Shown: positions 47,881 through 60,522 of the stretch, in pieces
Numbering within the stretch: the first letter of the stretch is position 1
Layout of the letters: each line of letters begins with the position of its first letter
NCBI GenBank assembly: GCA_964016885.1
Contig: OZ024744.1
Span: forward strand, 91,140,001-91,204,000
Origin: Eledone cirrhosa
Taxonomy: Eukaryota
DNA: 64,000 nt
Direction: 5' to 3'
Program-made: the position numbers and the translations under genes
The notes under the pieces: generated by a model
Database searches by the model: none
Told to the model about the DNA's origin: nothing
The model's input: only the letters and a program-made list of their open reading frames with translations

Positions 47881-48895
47881 TATGACCTGACCTATCCATG
47901 TGTCTCCCACTTCCACTAACACTCCCCACCACCACTGGCCCCCTCTAGTACCATTCCTTAGCTACTCCCCCTCTCTAAAGCCCTTAGATACCCTCACTGT
48001 TGCACCCTACTAACTACACTCTCTACACCAGTGCACCCCCTCCACTGCCACACCTTCGCTATCAGTATCTCTTCATCAGTACTGCCCACATGTACTATCA
48101 GTCACTCATTATCCTGCCGAATCACCACATACATATATAACTTCATACCCATCTCCCTCTGCTCCCCTCTCCCATACAAACAAAAACATAGCAGAGAGGT
48201 TCCTTCATTTGGGACTATGACCAACAACCTCTCTAGTGATGGTACCACAAAAAGCACCCTGTACACCCCATAAGGTGATCAGTGACAGGAAGGGGACCCT
48301 GCTGTAGAAATCATGCCTAAAAGGGTTGAGAAGACCTCTCAGTTGTGTCAAAGACACAACAACCTCATTAGAGTTGGTGATCTACACAATAAAATCACCA
48401 AGTACACTCTGTAAAGTAGTTGGTGAAAGAAAGGGTATCCAACCATAGAAAACTTGCCAAACAGAGGGTTGAGAGGACGCTTCATTTGGGTCAAGGACAT
48501 GTCAAACTCCTTCATGTTGGTGATCTATACAATAAAAGCACCAAGTACACTCTGTAAAGTGGTTGGTGAAAGGAAAGGTATCCAACCATAGAAAACTTGC
48601 CAAACAAAGGGTTGAGAGGACGCTTCATTTGGGTCAAGGACATGTCAAACTCGGTAATCTACACAATGAAGGCATCTGGTACACTTTATAAATGGTTGAT
48701 GATAGAAAGAGCATCAAGTCACATAAAGCTTACCGAACAAGGGGTTGGGAGGACACATTAGTTGTGTCAAGGATATGACAACTTCCCTGATATTGTAATA
48801 CGGTGTATTTGGATGTTTTCTGGTATTACAATGCCAGTTGGTTTCACTGATGATTTCCTTCAAATGAAATAATTCTAGTCCTGTAGAAGCAATTT

Positions 48896-49485
48896 CATCA
48901 TCATCACCGTCCTTCCACGCTAGCATGGGTTAGACCTTGTCTTGCTCATACGGGAACTGATTCTGGCTTGATTTCTACAGCTGGATGCCCTTCCTAACAC
49001 CAACCTCATTTACAGTGAGTGCTGGGTGCTTTTGTCATGACACCTACATGACTACTTTACAGTGTGGGCTGGGTGCTTTTTTGCCGTGGCACCTCCACGA
49101 CCATTTTGGAGTGTGTGTGGAGGGGGCATGCATATTGTCTATATGCTCCAGCTTCGGCTTGTACCCATGGGAAGTCGGGTCTTCTGTATTACTGCATGAC
49201 GCCAGAGGTCACGGTCGTGTGTCATTGCTCTTGAGAGGTGCAATTGGGTAAGGTCGGCCTTTATCACCTCATCCCAGGTCTTCTTGGGTCTCCCCACTCC
49301 GCGGCTTCCATCGACTTCTAGTGCTCTGCACCTTTTTATGCAGCTGTCATCCTTCATACGCATCACATGTCCATACTAACGTAACCTCCTCTCCTGCACA
49401 CTGCATTTGATCCCTCTTATGCTTAGCCTCTCTCTCAATTCGTTTATGCTTTGCCGTTCGCGTATATTACTATTACACATCCATC
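48896..49485 (-). mobile_element. RTE (B-type) 3' fragment, inverted
   Basis: ORF 49139-49366 MRMKDDSCIKRCRALEVDG... Reverse complement closely matches 38933-39570. Confidence 0.9.
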
Positions 49486-49581
49486 AATTTCTATATTAAA
49501 ATTGTTGCATACACTCTACTAATGTATTGAATACCTGTGGTTACCTCCAATTGAACCCAAAACTCACATATGTATATAGAT

Positions 49582-50110
49582 ATCATCATCATCATTTAAC
49601 GTCTATCTTCCACGCTAGCATGGGTTAGACGGGAATTGTCCCACTTGAGGCAAGATTGATCAGGTGACCGTGTCTCGCTCGTATAGGACTGTATCTGGCA
49701 GGTTTTCTACAGCTGGATGCCCTTCCTAACACCAACCACATTTACAGTGTAGACTGGGAGCCTTTTTACCATGTCTCCTACACAATCACTATTCAGTGTG
49801 GACTGTGTGTTTTTTTTTGTCGTGACACCTACACAACCTCTTTAGTTTGGACTGGATGTTGTGATACCAACATAACTTTACAGAGAAAGAGTGGTGTGGG
49901 TGGAAGTGGGAGGATGGAGTAGGGGTAGTGGGTTGGGGTGTATATTTGGTTAAGAGGTCCCTACTGACTGTAGGTTAACTTTACGTAGGGAAGGCGGGTC
50001 TTCTGTATTATTGCCTGGCGCCAAAGATCTCGATCCAGTGACATTGTCTTAGAGAGGTGTAAGTGTGCAAGGTCGGATTTTATCATGTCATCCCAGGTTT
50101 TTCTGGGTCT
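49582..50110 (-). mobile_element. RTE (A-type) 3' fragment, inverted
   Basis: RPRKTWDDMIKSDLAHLHLSKTMSLDRDLW. Reverse complement matches 41900-42425. Confidence 0.9.
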
Positions 50111-51014
50111 CTCTCTATATATATATGTGACAGGTTTCCACCAAATTTCAGTCATTGGGTTGGCAGACACTGCAGAAGCCAATCACAAGTGTATATATAA
50201 ATATATTTATTTACACGCATGTGTGTGTGTGTGTGTGTGTGTGTGTCCAGATTTTTATCCGTGTTTACGTCCCATAACCTAGCAGTTGGACAAAAAAAAA
50301 GACATACAAGTACTGACATCCATATGATTGGCCACAATCTAATGACTGAACCCATGAAAGAATGTCAGTGCAAAGGGCAATGTCGTGTTTTATGTTCGTA
50401 AAAAAAAAAAAATGAAAATAATGAGTTGTGTCCCTTATGTACCACTACTGTGTAACCCTGTATTATACTTTATTCTTTCTGCATAAAAATTATATAACAT
50501 AGAACGAAGATAAGCAAGAAAAAGAGTTTCTTTCTATTAAAAGGAATTCATTTTCTTATTTCCTTTCCATGCTTTATAATTTTTTTTTTTTTTTTTTTTT
50601 TTGCACGAGAAATAGAGTAATTGAAAAACTAAACAGGGATACATGAGGGAGGCAACTCCTCGATATTTATTTTATAAGGGAGACAACTCATCATTACTTA
50701 TTTCATGGGAGATGGTCGGAGGAGGCTGTGTCAAAATAAATGTTTCCAAATTATCCAGCTTGATCCCTAATTAGCAGAATTGTTAAAGCATTCGACAGTA
50801 TCTGTTTCAGCACTGCCTGTTCTGCTGAATAAAAGGGAAGGAAAGTTGAGATGGTGTCTGTGTGTCTATTTCAACTCTTGAACATATGGGCAGCTAAAAC
50901 TCTTAACGAAAGCATGGTACATACTACCATAATCATACTAGATTATACAAGAATGACCATAGTAGTTTACTGTTTGATGGAATGAATAAAATTAATAAAC
51001 CAATTAATACTAAC

Positions 51015-51102
51015 CTCGCATTTTGACAAACTAAATGTATGGCCAAGATGTAGTCTTCCATTCATATAAGGATATGGAAATGTTACAAAGTATTTATTTT
51101 TC
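51015..51102 (-). CDS. LARS1: LARS1 coding exon 2 ([29 protein letters not shown]), HIGH-type motif HLGH
   Basis: tacAG acceptor, GTTAGT donor, 88 nt, phase fits exon 1. Signature eukaryotic LeuRS motif. Confidence 0.97.
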
Positions 51103-51461
51103 CTGTAAATTAAAATACGAAAAAAAATCAATTTTTTTTTTTTACAGTAAATAAAAAACATAAAGGTAATATCTAAATATAAATTTGTGCAACTTCCATC
51201 TGTCAAACAATGTGTGTGTTTGTGTGAATGTATGTATAAAAGGATCTAAGAGAATGGTGAAAAAACTATAGCAAAATAGCAACTAGCGTTCCATTTGCTA
51301 CACTGTGTGAGTGTATTTGTGTGTTTGAGTAAGTGTATGTGTGTATGTTTATGTTTGTGTGAATGTATGTGTATGAGTGTGAATGTATGTCTATGAGTGT
51401 GTACTTTTGTAAGTGTCTGTGTTTGCGTGTTTATATTTATAAACTTCAATACTAATTACAA

Positions 51462-51685
51462 AAGGGCGGTGGATTGGCAGTATTGGTAGAAGGTCGGACG
51501 CCATGCTTTGCAACATAGAGTTATGGCCCTTTATGATCTGAGTTCAAATCCCGCCGAGGTTAACTTTGTCTTTCATCCTTATGAGATCGATAAAATAAAG
51601 TACTAGTCACGCACTGGGGTTGATTTAATCGACTTCCCTCCCCCAAAAACTGCTGGCCTTGTGCCTATATAAGAAACCAATACTA
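51462..51685 (+). mobile_element. Second SINE family, single full copy
   Basis: agggcggtggattggcagtattgg...gagttcaaatccc...ggccttgtgcc. Confidence 0.8.
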
Positions 51686-51813
51686 ATTACTGTGAGGATT
51701 CATTCAAATTTTCAACACGCTAATGACACTTTAAAAAATTCTACTTTTTAAAAGTAGACAAAATACTTTCTAATTTAAATATTAAATTAAATTTTAAATA
51801 ATGGAAGGCTTAA

Positions 51814-52190
51814 CCCCTTAGCATTTAAACCGGCCGTATCCGGCCAGGATTCTCTCACCTCTTTCTGTTTAAACCAGCTGTAACCAACCCCCTCATACTG
51901 AGGTTAAGGTATTGTTCTCAAAATAAATAACATCAAAATCTCATAGAGTCGATATTATGTGAGATAAAACCTTTATCACAAAAATAAAATAGTATATATA
52001 GAGTAATGTAAATATTAAAGAGTTAACACTTTAATGTTGAAACTGGCTGTAACTGACCACTCAAACTGATGTTAAGGTATTGTTCTCAAAATGAATACTT
52101 TCAAAATCTCATAGATTCGATATTATGTGAGGTAAAGCCTTTACCATGAAAATATAATAGTATATATAGAGTAATGTGAATACTAAAGGG
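51814..52190 (-). mobile_element. Same TTAA MITE, inverted tandem dimer
   Basis: TTAA|CCCCTTAGCATTTA ... internal TTAA near 52023 ... TACTAAAGGG|TTAA. Confidence 0.75.
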
Positions 52191-53217
52191 TTAAGGATCG
52201 TGCAGTAGGATTGAAATTTGTTTTGCATCATCATCACCATCTAACACCAATTTTTCATGCTTGTAATGGATTAGATAAAATGTCATATCGTAATGCCAGA
52301 TATATTAGGTGAACATGTTTTACTCATACGCTCCATTTTTTGCTTGGCTTTTCTCTAGCTAGATGCCCATTTTAATGTCAACCACATAACAGCATGTAGA
52401 AGAAGCAATTTATCATGATTCCATCACTACCTTATAAAGTGGAGAGTACTTTTATCATTACACCAGAATTACCACTTTACTGAGTGGGCTGGGTGCTTTT
52501 TATCATGACATCAGCACTACCACCTTAGAGAATGGACTGGATGGTTTTTTTTATGTGGTACCAGCACTACCACCTTACAAGTTGAATTGGGTGCTTTTTA
52601 TTGTGACACCAACACAACCATTTTACAAATGGGCACAGTGCATTTTATTGTGGTACCAGCACTAACTCATAACAATACTAGGATGCTTGCTGTGTCCTTG
52701 GCCCGGCTGCAGAGACAGAGACCAAGTTTCATGCTGCTTGCTGAAGAAGGTGAGATCATCTGAGCAAAGGAGAGGAAACATCGGTTCTTGGAGGTGGCCA
52801 TGAAGTGGATTGCATCTGGCTATCACTCACAAAACAGAGTATACAAAATAAATAAAAAAAACATTCTATAATATAGCTTAATAAAACCAAGGATATAAAT
52901 AACCCCTTGAGGCAAAATAAAATGAATAGAATTGCCTGCAGGAATAGAACCACACCATTGCTGTATGCCGCAAGGCTATATTATTACTACATCAAGAAAA
53001 TCCTGCCACTTCTTTCTGTTAATTGTTAGGGCTGTAACTCTAAGCTGCAAAGCATAGCGTCTGACCCTCTACTGATACTGCCAATCCACAGCCCTATTCA
53101 GATAGAATAATAAAATGCAAACAAGACTTAAGGAGCAGCAGTAAGATGGCAAAATGGAAAAAATTCTCTTGAATAAATTTTAAAAGCAATAAAAAATTTT
53201 TTTTAATGTTTATTTAC

Positions 53218-53336
53218 TTTTGAGGTTCTGAAGTTGGTGCATCTTCCTCAAATATTTTCTCTTTTTCCCATCGTGCTTGCTGAGCTTCCTGTATTTCAAG
53301 GAATTCGTTTAGTTTCTTTGTGCCTTTTCGTTCCAT
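53218..53336 (-). CDS. LARS1: Cytoplasmic leucyl-tRNA synthetase, coding exon 1 (MERKGTKKLNEFLEIQEAQQARWEKEKIFEEDAPTSEPQ)
   Basis: ATG directly follows a cacAG acceptor. 119 nt, ending in phase 2 at GTAAAT. Resembles the metazoan LARS1 N-terminus (MAERKGT..QQKW..E.VFE). Confidence 0.9.
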
Positions 53337-53574
53337 CTGTGATAGAATTAGATTAAACTTGGTTAAGATGTTACAATCTTTATAATTTGCACATTTATTA
53401 GCAAACAGAAGTATACAATAATGAAAGCATTATTAAAAATTTATAATGTCGGATTATACATAGAAAACTCAGAATGCCCACACCTCCCATTTTATGTCTG
53501 AGAAATGGGCCAAAATCCAAACCCCATTTATAAGCCAAGGCAGCTAATCAACTTGCTAAAAATAGCAGGTAAAA

Positions 53575-54985
53575 CAATTTGCTAGAAATAGCAGGTAAAT
53601 CAACTTCAAATCACACATTATACCATCTTACAAAAGAAAAGATATGTTAGATAATGGAGTACTAGATAATTACATCTGAGACACCATTAAACATAGGGTT
53701 TTGATGAGATACCCTATATACTCAAATATAAGCCGACTCCCTTTTTATATCTGAGAAATGGGCCAAAATTCAAGCCCCATTTATAAATAAGCCAAGACAG
53801 CTAATCAAAACATTGTTTACATGGCGTATATAAGCCAACCTCCCATTTTACCATCGATTTTTGGGGTCACATATTCCTCGGTTTATACAATAATAGTAAA
53901 AAATATGAGGCACTGGATTACATATAGAAACCATAAGGTCTGTATTTTATGCAGAGAACTACAGGGGCTAGATTAAACATAAGACACCTTTGCGCTGGAT
54001 TAAATGTTAGAAATACTAAGTCATCTTCTTCTTTGTTGCTACTACTGAGTCTCCTGTCGGTTGGTTTTGCCCATAAAATGTGACCAGCAATTCTTTCCTG
54101 AGATATTCTAACCATATGCCCATAGTATCGGAGCTGTGATCTCTCAATTTGGAGAAGTAGCAGGCTCTACCTGGAGTGACTCTTTGATCTCCGAGCTACG
54201 CACTCTATCAAGTAATGTTACTCCGAAGAGGTACCAGAGAGGGGGGTGTTTATATTTGGATCAACTTATATTCATGTATATATAGTAAATCAACACCAAT
54301 ATTTAACTGGTATTTTATTTTATCGATCCATCCCCTATACACCCCTTATAAAAAAAAATTATGAAAGGCAAAGTTGACCTCAAATAGATTTGAATACAGA
54401 ACAAAAAGTTTTGTAACAAAGTACCACACAAAGCATTTTGTTAGATGCTCTAATAATTCTGCCAATTGCTTGGGTTATAAGGGGAAGAGTTAAAGTCAAC
54501 TTGAGTGATTCAAAGTGGATTGGTAGTATCAGTAGAGCGTCGGACACGATGCTTTGCAGCATAGAGTTACGTCCCCTTATCTTCTCAGTTCAAATCCTAC
54601 CACAGTTAGCTTTTGCAATTCATACCCTAACTACATTGTTTTCTTTCGAATGTTGAAAAATAACCCTCATTTGGTCATTCTGTGAGACTATCTTGGTCAG
54701 CTTGTGAACTTTTCAGCTGATCCTCATACTTCATCACGCAACTTGCTAGAAATAGCAGGTAAATCTACTTCAAATCACACTATATACCATCTTACAAAAG
54801 AAAAGATATGTTGGATAATGGAGTACTAGATAGTTACACCTGGGACACGATTAAACATAGGGTTTTGATGAGATACCGTATATACTCAAATATAAGCAGA
54901 CTCCCTTTTTATATCTGAGAAATGGGCCAAAATCCAAACCTCCTTTTTAAGCTGAAGCAGGTAATCAACACATTACATTTAAATG
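53575..54985. repeat. About 240-bp local direct duplication (53575-53825 / 54742-54985)
   Basis: Shared ttgctagaaatagcaggtaaatc...gagatacc.tatatactcaaatataagc. Confidence 0.8.
54030..54230 (-). mobile_element. Fragment of another RTE-like LINE C-terminus
   Basis: Minus-strand translation across a frameshift: GVTLLDRVRSSEIKESLQVEP / QIERSQLRYYGHMVRISQERIA. Confidence 0.6.
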
Positions 54986-55041
54986 GTGCAATTTTGAAAT
55001 TCTTATGAGTAGAAAATATATTTATGAAGTTTTAATGTATA

Positions 55042-55610
55042 CTAGACCACCCGTGACCCGTTGGGTCACATTCGTTTCAATATTTTTTTTTTTAAATAAT
55101 TTCTAAATTGTTAAAATATACAGACATGTATATAATGTGAAATGAAACTAGAAGACCCATATATATATATACGTGTATGTATATATAAGTGTGTGTATAC
55201 ATATGTATATGTATATATATGTATGTGTATGTATATATGTGGGTGTCTGTGATCTATATACACTGGTCATAGACACACACACATATACACACACATTCAC
55301 ACATATATATATATATACAACTCCACCAGCTCTCTCTCTTCCATTCTCCTTCTCTCTCCCTCTTTATGTTTCTCTCACAACCACTATCTCTTTCTCTCTA
55401 TCCTTCTCTCTCTCTGTTTATGCAGGTACCCAGAAACCCCATATCTGAGGAACCCAATGCTCCAATTTACATGAAACTTGTTTTATTCTATTTGTATTCC
55501 CATTTCAGGGGCAACTTTCTGTCAAAGTATTTTCCAACTATGCGCCCTTTTGGCTATATTACATTACAGACAATCAAGCAAGTAATCACAGACTTTTTAT
55601 AATATATAGA
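55042..55610 (-). mobile_element. Non-autonomous Helitron family 2, inverted copy
   Basis: a|CTAG-accaccc-GTGACCC-gtt-GGGTCAC ... tataGA|t. Internal homology to 33639-34426. Confidence 0.78.
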
Positions 55611-56389
55611 TAAATATATATATTTATAATTTTCTTGATATCTACAGTTTAAAGTGAGTTATATATTTTTGAGTGATTTATCATTGAAATATGTTTTTTT
55701 TCTATTCTGAAGATGGTTTAGAGCTTTGTGGGTTTGCCGAGTATTTTAGCGGACAAAGTAAATTTGCCGGTTATTTTTGGCAGAAAGACTCATGATGTCA
55801 TACACCAGAAACAATTGTAAATGATTAAACAGTTTTAATAAAAGTTGGTTGATTTTCCTTCAAATAATTTTGAATATATATCATCATCATCATTGTTTAA
55901 CATCTATCTTCTATGCTAGCATGGGTTGGATGGGTTTGTCTCACTTGAGTCAAGATTGGTCAGGAGACCGTGTCTCGCTTGTACAAAACTGTCCCTGGCA
56001 GGTTTTCTACGGTTGGATGCCCTTCCTAACACCAACCACATTTACAGTGTGGGCTGGGAACCTTTTTACCGTGTCTCCTACACGACCACCCTATAGTGTG
56101 GACTGGGTGTTTTTGTTGTCTTTGACACAGTGGACAGAAATGGGAGGATAAGAGGTTTTAAGTGTCGTATAGAATATAGTTATTTCACAACTCCATTACA
56201 TAATTACCAATTTCCAACTGTTTTGAAAGCCATATTCATTGAAAACATATCAAAAGCAATAAGAAATACTACAAATTTCATGTCGAAAGTGAAACTGGTG
56301 TAATATTCACCTCCAAAGTGAAATCAGTGTAAGATTTACCTTGAAAACGAAAATATTTTAGCACCTCATTTACATAGAACTTTGACATA

Positions 56390-57418
56390 GATGTCAACTT
56401 AAAGAATGCCAGTGCTGAGATATGCAAATGGCATTAAGCTGTACCTTAAGATAAAAAGGACAGATCCTGAACACTAGAGATATTTCCTGCAATCAGACCT
56501 GGACACAATGCAGCAATGGATCATGGAATGACAACTCAAGTTGGCTGTGGACACCATGCATTGTGGGAGGATAAATCCAGCATCCACATACTCCCTCCAC
56601 AACACTAATTTCAAGAAGTCTTCTTCTGGGTATTACTGTCAGCAGTGATTTACGTTGGACAAAGCACATCTCTAAAATTGTCTAGAAGGCCGAGGGTGTC
56701 TTGGCATCAATCAGCAAGACCTTTGTCAGCCGCTCTCCAGCTATTTATTTAACCCTTTAGCATTTGCATTAGTCTATATTTACTATCGTATTTACATGAA
56801 GGCTTTACCTCCCATAATTATCTCACATGATATCGAATCTGTGAGATGTTGATATTATTTGTTTTGAGAACAATACTCTAACATCAGTATAAGTGGCCAG
56901 TTACAGCCAGTTTGAACAGAAAGAAGTGAGAGAATTGTGGCCGGATACAGCCGGTTTAAAAGCTAAAGGGTTAAAGTTGTATATAGCTATAGTGCGGCCA
57001 CATTTAGAATTTGCATCACCAGTCTGGAACTGCTATCTTGCTCAGAACATTGACCTCCGGGAAACTGTTCAGAGACATGTGACCAAGCGAATACCCTCCA
57101 TCAGACATCTACTATACTCTGAACACCTTGCTTCCCTGGGCATGGATACATTGAAGCTCCAACGTCTGGCAACTGACTTGGTAAACACCCACAAAATTAT
57201 TAACCATCTTGACAACAACAATCCTGAGCACCTTTTTGAATTCGCTTCCTGAAATTCGCCAACACTACACCTTATATACACATGCACACATGTACATCAT
57301 GACTCATACACTGTTCACTTTCCTGACATTTGTACATTACCCTATGTACTAAACATGCACCTTTGATGAGTTGTAGTGCACCTGAGCACTGTACACAATA
57401 ATTCCATTATTATTATTA
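56390..57418 (+). mobile_element. CR1/L2-like LINE 3' fragment interrupted by a TTAA MITE
   Basis: KLYIAIVRPHLEFASPVW...ETVQRHVTKRIP...TLKLQRL..DL...HKII, ending in (ATT)n. Confidence 0.8.
56753..56970 (+). mobile_element. Same TTAA MITE, unexpanded 218-bp copy
   Basis: TTAA TSD at 56749-56752 and 56971-56974. Removing it restores the CR1 frame (YLKLYIAIVRPHLEF). Confidence 0.88.
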
Positions 57419-57783
57419 CTCTACCACTACCCCTACACACACACCCCTATTTTACTATCAATTTTCTTTTTGTTTCATATCTCTGGGATTATATACACGT
57501 ATACATGATAATCTAGGATCTAGATCTGGTTATGATAGAACAATAGAAGGTAAGACAGGAAACAACACATCTTTTGTATCATGCTGGTGAGTAAATCTGT
57601 TAACCCTTTAGCATTTATATTACCTCACATATCAAACTGAAGTGAAAACCAACAGGTGAGTGTGTTTTTATTGGCAACATGACCCTCCCAAAGTATAACA
57701 ATATCTATTTCAACACATGTTTTCAGATAAGAAATCTCGCAAAACAAATTCAAAAACGAATTATATATATATAATATATATAT

Positions 57784-58128
57784 GGAGGCACATGGCTTAG
57801 TGGTTAGAGCATTGGCCTTGCAATCGAAAGGTTGTGAGTTCAATTCTCAGACCGGGTGATGTGTTGTTTCCTTGAGTAAGACACTTTATTTCACATTGCT
57901 CCAGTTTACTCAGCTGTAGAAATGAGATGATAGGGACTGGGGTCCATATCATTCCACTGCAAAGTGGTCGTGGAGGTGCCACGGCAAAAAAGCACCCAGC
58001 ACTCACTATAAATGAGGTTGGTGTTAGGAAGGGCATCCAGCTGTAGAAATCAAGCCAGAATCAGTTCCCGTCCCACCCTTGCAAGCAGGGAAAAGCGGAC
58101 GTAAAATGAAATGATGGAATGATGATGA
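57784..58128 (+). mobile_element. Same SINE, copy 5
   Basis: Near-identical to the other copies. Confidence 0.88.
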
Positions 58129-59720
58129 TATATATATATATATCATATATATGACGTATCAATTTACTATATAATGGTAAAACTATTTCACATCATAATT
58201 CCATAGCCTAGCCATATAGTTTTCTTAAAAGTACCAAGTACCAACCTATCCAACATTATGTGCCAAAAGTAGAAACAATTATAAAAAGTTTGTACGATAC
58301 ATTATAACATATTCTAATTATCTATATATATACATACACACGCATCTAAAGAAAGAGAGACACAGAGGGAGAGGCAGAAAGAGAGAGACAGACAGTTATA
58401 CAGAGAGAAATATAATTAGAGAGAAGTGTTAGATATTCAGAGAGAGGGAGAGACGTCCCACAAAAGTCTAGAATCGGCTTAAACTATAGATCAAAGTATC
58501 AGTTGAAGGTTTAACAATATTGCGTTAGCTATTATAAAGTCTTTGATTTTTACAGAACAAAGAAAATTTGATACTATTTGAAATTAATCTACCCTCCAGC
58601 TTTTATCCATATACTACTTACAGTCCGTTCTAACGAAGCAACACTTCAGAAGCAATGTTATGCGGTATATTACTGTCTCACCTCATACCAGACAACACAT
58701 CCAATACAGTTGCTTTCTCTTTTATCCGTCTTCTCTTAACTGTTCTCCCTGGCGAAGTTGGGTACCTCAGTTAGTTGTTTTCATAAATAGAAAAGCTGAC
58801 GCAATATGTACATGTGTTGTCGTTGTAATGAACAGTCCTATAGTCAAATGTATTACAGCCATGAACAACTTTGTTTGTTTGTCTGTGTGTTTGTGTGTGT
58901 GTGCGTGCGTGTTGGATCTCCGTCGATTACGATAACGAATGTTCACGAAATTAACGTGCAAGTGGCAAGTGCTTAAGCATTCCAACAAACACGTGTACCG
59001 CTAACGTAACTCTAGTGGCGATTCAGCCTTACACAGAAGTATATATTGTCAAATACGACCTTTTTTTTTGTTGTTGTTTTTTTTAAATCTAACGAAAGGG
59101 ATATGCGGCTGCTATTTCTAGCGACCAAGTAGAAACTGCCGTTATTATTACGGTCCCTTGAGGTGCTGAGTTCAAATCCCGATGAGGTTAGCTTTGCTTT
59201 TCCTCCCTACGGGGGTCGATAAAATAAAGTACCAGTAATGCACTGCGGGTCAATTTAATCGACTTTCCCCTCCCCCAAATTGACATCCTTGTGTCTAAAC
59301 CAGAATCTATTATTTTGTAAACTTTTTTCTTAAAAAAAAAAAACGTCGTCAGTGATGACAAATATTTCACTTATATTAGATTAAGATATCGAGACGTGTG
59401 TTTGAACATGTGCACGCGTCTACCTGTACAATGTGTGTATGAAAGTGTGTGGCTGTGTGAGTTTACATGTTTCTGATTAAAACTTTAAAATATACAAGAC
59501 AGAAAAGTCAGATAACAAACGAAAAGAAGGGGCACGATTAAAATTAATAAGTCACAGGAATTATTAAGTAAACATCTAAAAAATTATAGCAAAAATTCTT
59601 GTTTTTTCTTCAACTTCTTCTTTAAAAAAAAAAGACTGAAACATAAATATCAACAGTTAAAGAAAACAATTCGAAAGTAAAGTTTTTAAAAAATTCCCAT
59701 AGATAAAGACAAAAACATAC

Positions 59721-59790
59721 AGCTGAGTCGTAGAGCAGGTACCACGCACAAGAGACAGATGAACCGGTTAGATTCCAAAGGGAGGTAATA
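59721..59790 (-). promoter_or_regulatory. Candidate non-coding first exon / promoter-proximal region of LARS1
   Basis: Coding exon 1 starts at an acceptor, so an upstream UTR exon is implied. This unique, relatively GC-rich patch ends on the minus strand in a GTATGT donor (59720). The 5' limit is a guess. Confidence 0.3.
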
Positions 59791-59879
59791 CATTCAAGTC
59801 CTTCATATTTTTAATTCCGGCTACAGACTAGTTTTGTTTTGTTTTTTAAAGACAGTATTATTTAGTTATGTCCCTTTAC

Positions 59880-60300
59880 TTAATAATTATAATTGTTTCT
59901 ACTTTTGGCACAAGGCCAGCAATTATCCCAGTGCATTACTGGTACTTTATTTTATCGACCCCGTAAGGATGAAAGGCAAAGTCAACCTCGGCCTTAATAA
60001 TGATAATTGTTTCTACTTTTGGCACAAGGCCAGCAATTATCCTAGTGCATTACTGGTACTTTATTTTATCGACCCATTAAGGGATGAAAGGCAAAGTTAG
60101 TCTAATGATAATAATCGTTTCTATGTTAGGCACAAGGCCAGCAATTATCCAGTACATTACTGGTACTTTATTTTATCGACCCCGTAAAAATGAAAGGCAA
60201 AGTTAACCTCGGCAGGATTTGAACTCAGATCGTAAAGGGACGTAACTATGCTGGAAAGCATGTTCGACCCTCTACCGATACTGCCAATTCACCGCCCTTA
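59880..60300 (-). mobile_element. Second SINE family: one full and two 3'-half tandem copies
   Basis: Same unit as 12068-13410. Confidence 0.82.
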
Positions 60301-60307
60301 GTCTAAT

Positions 60308-60522
60308 GATAATAATGAAATTATTGTGCAGAGTGCTCAGGTGCACTACAGCTCATCAAAGGTGCAATTATAATACATAGAATAATGTACAAATGTCAGG
60401 AAAGTGAACAGTGTATGAGTCATGATATACATGTGTGCGTGTGTATGGAGGGGGAATATCAGGTGCAGTGTTGGCAAGTTTCAGGAAGCATGGAGGTTTT
60501 AAAGGATGCAGTGTGGTCCTAG
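60308..60522 (-). mobile_element. CR1-like 3'UTR fragment, inverted
   Basis: Reverse complement of 61688-61895 and of 57245-57418. Confidence 0.7.
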
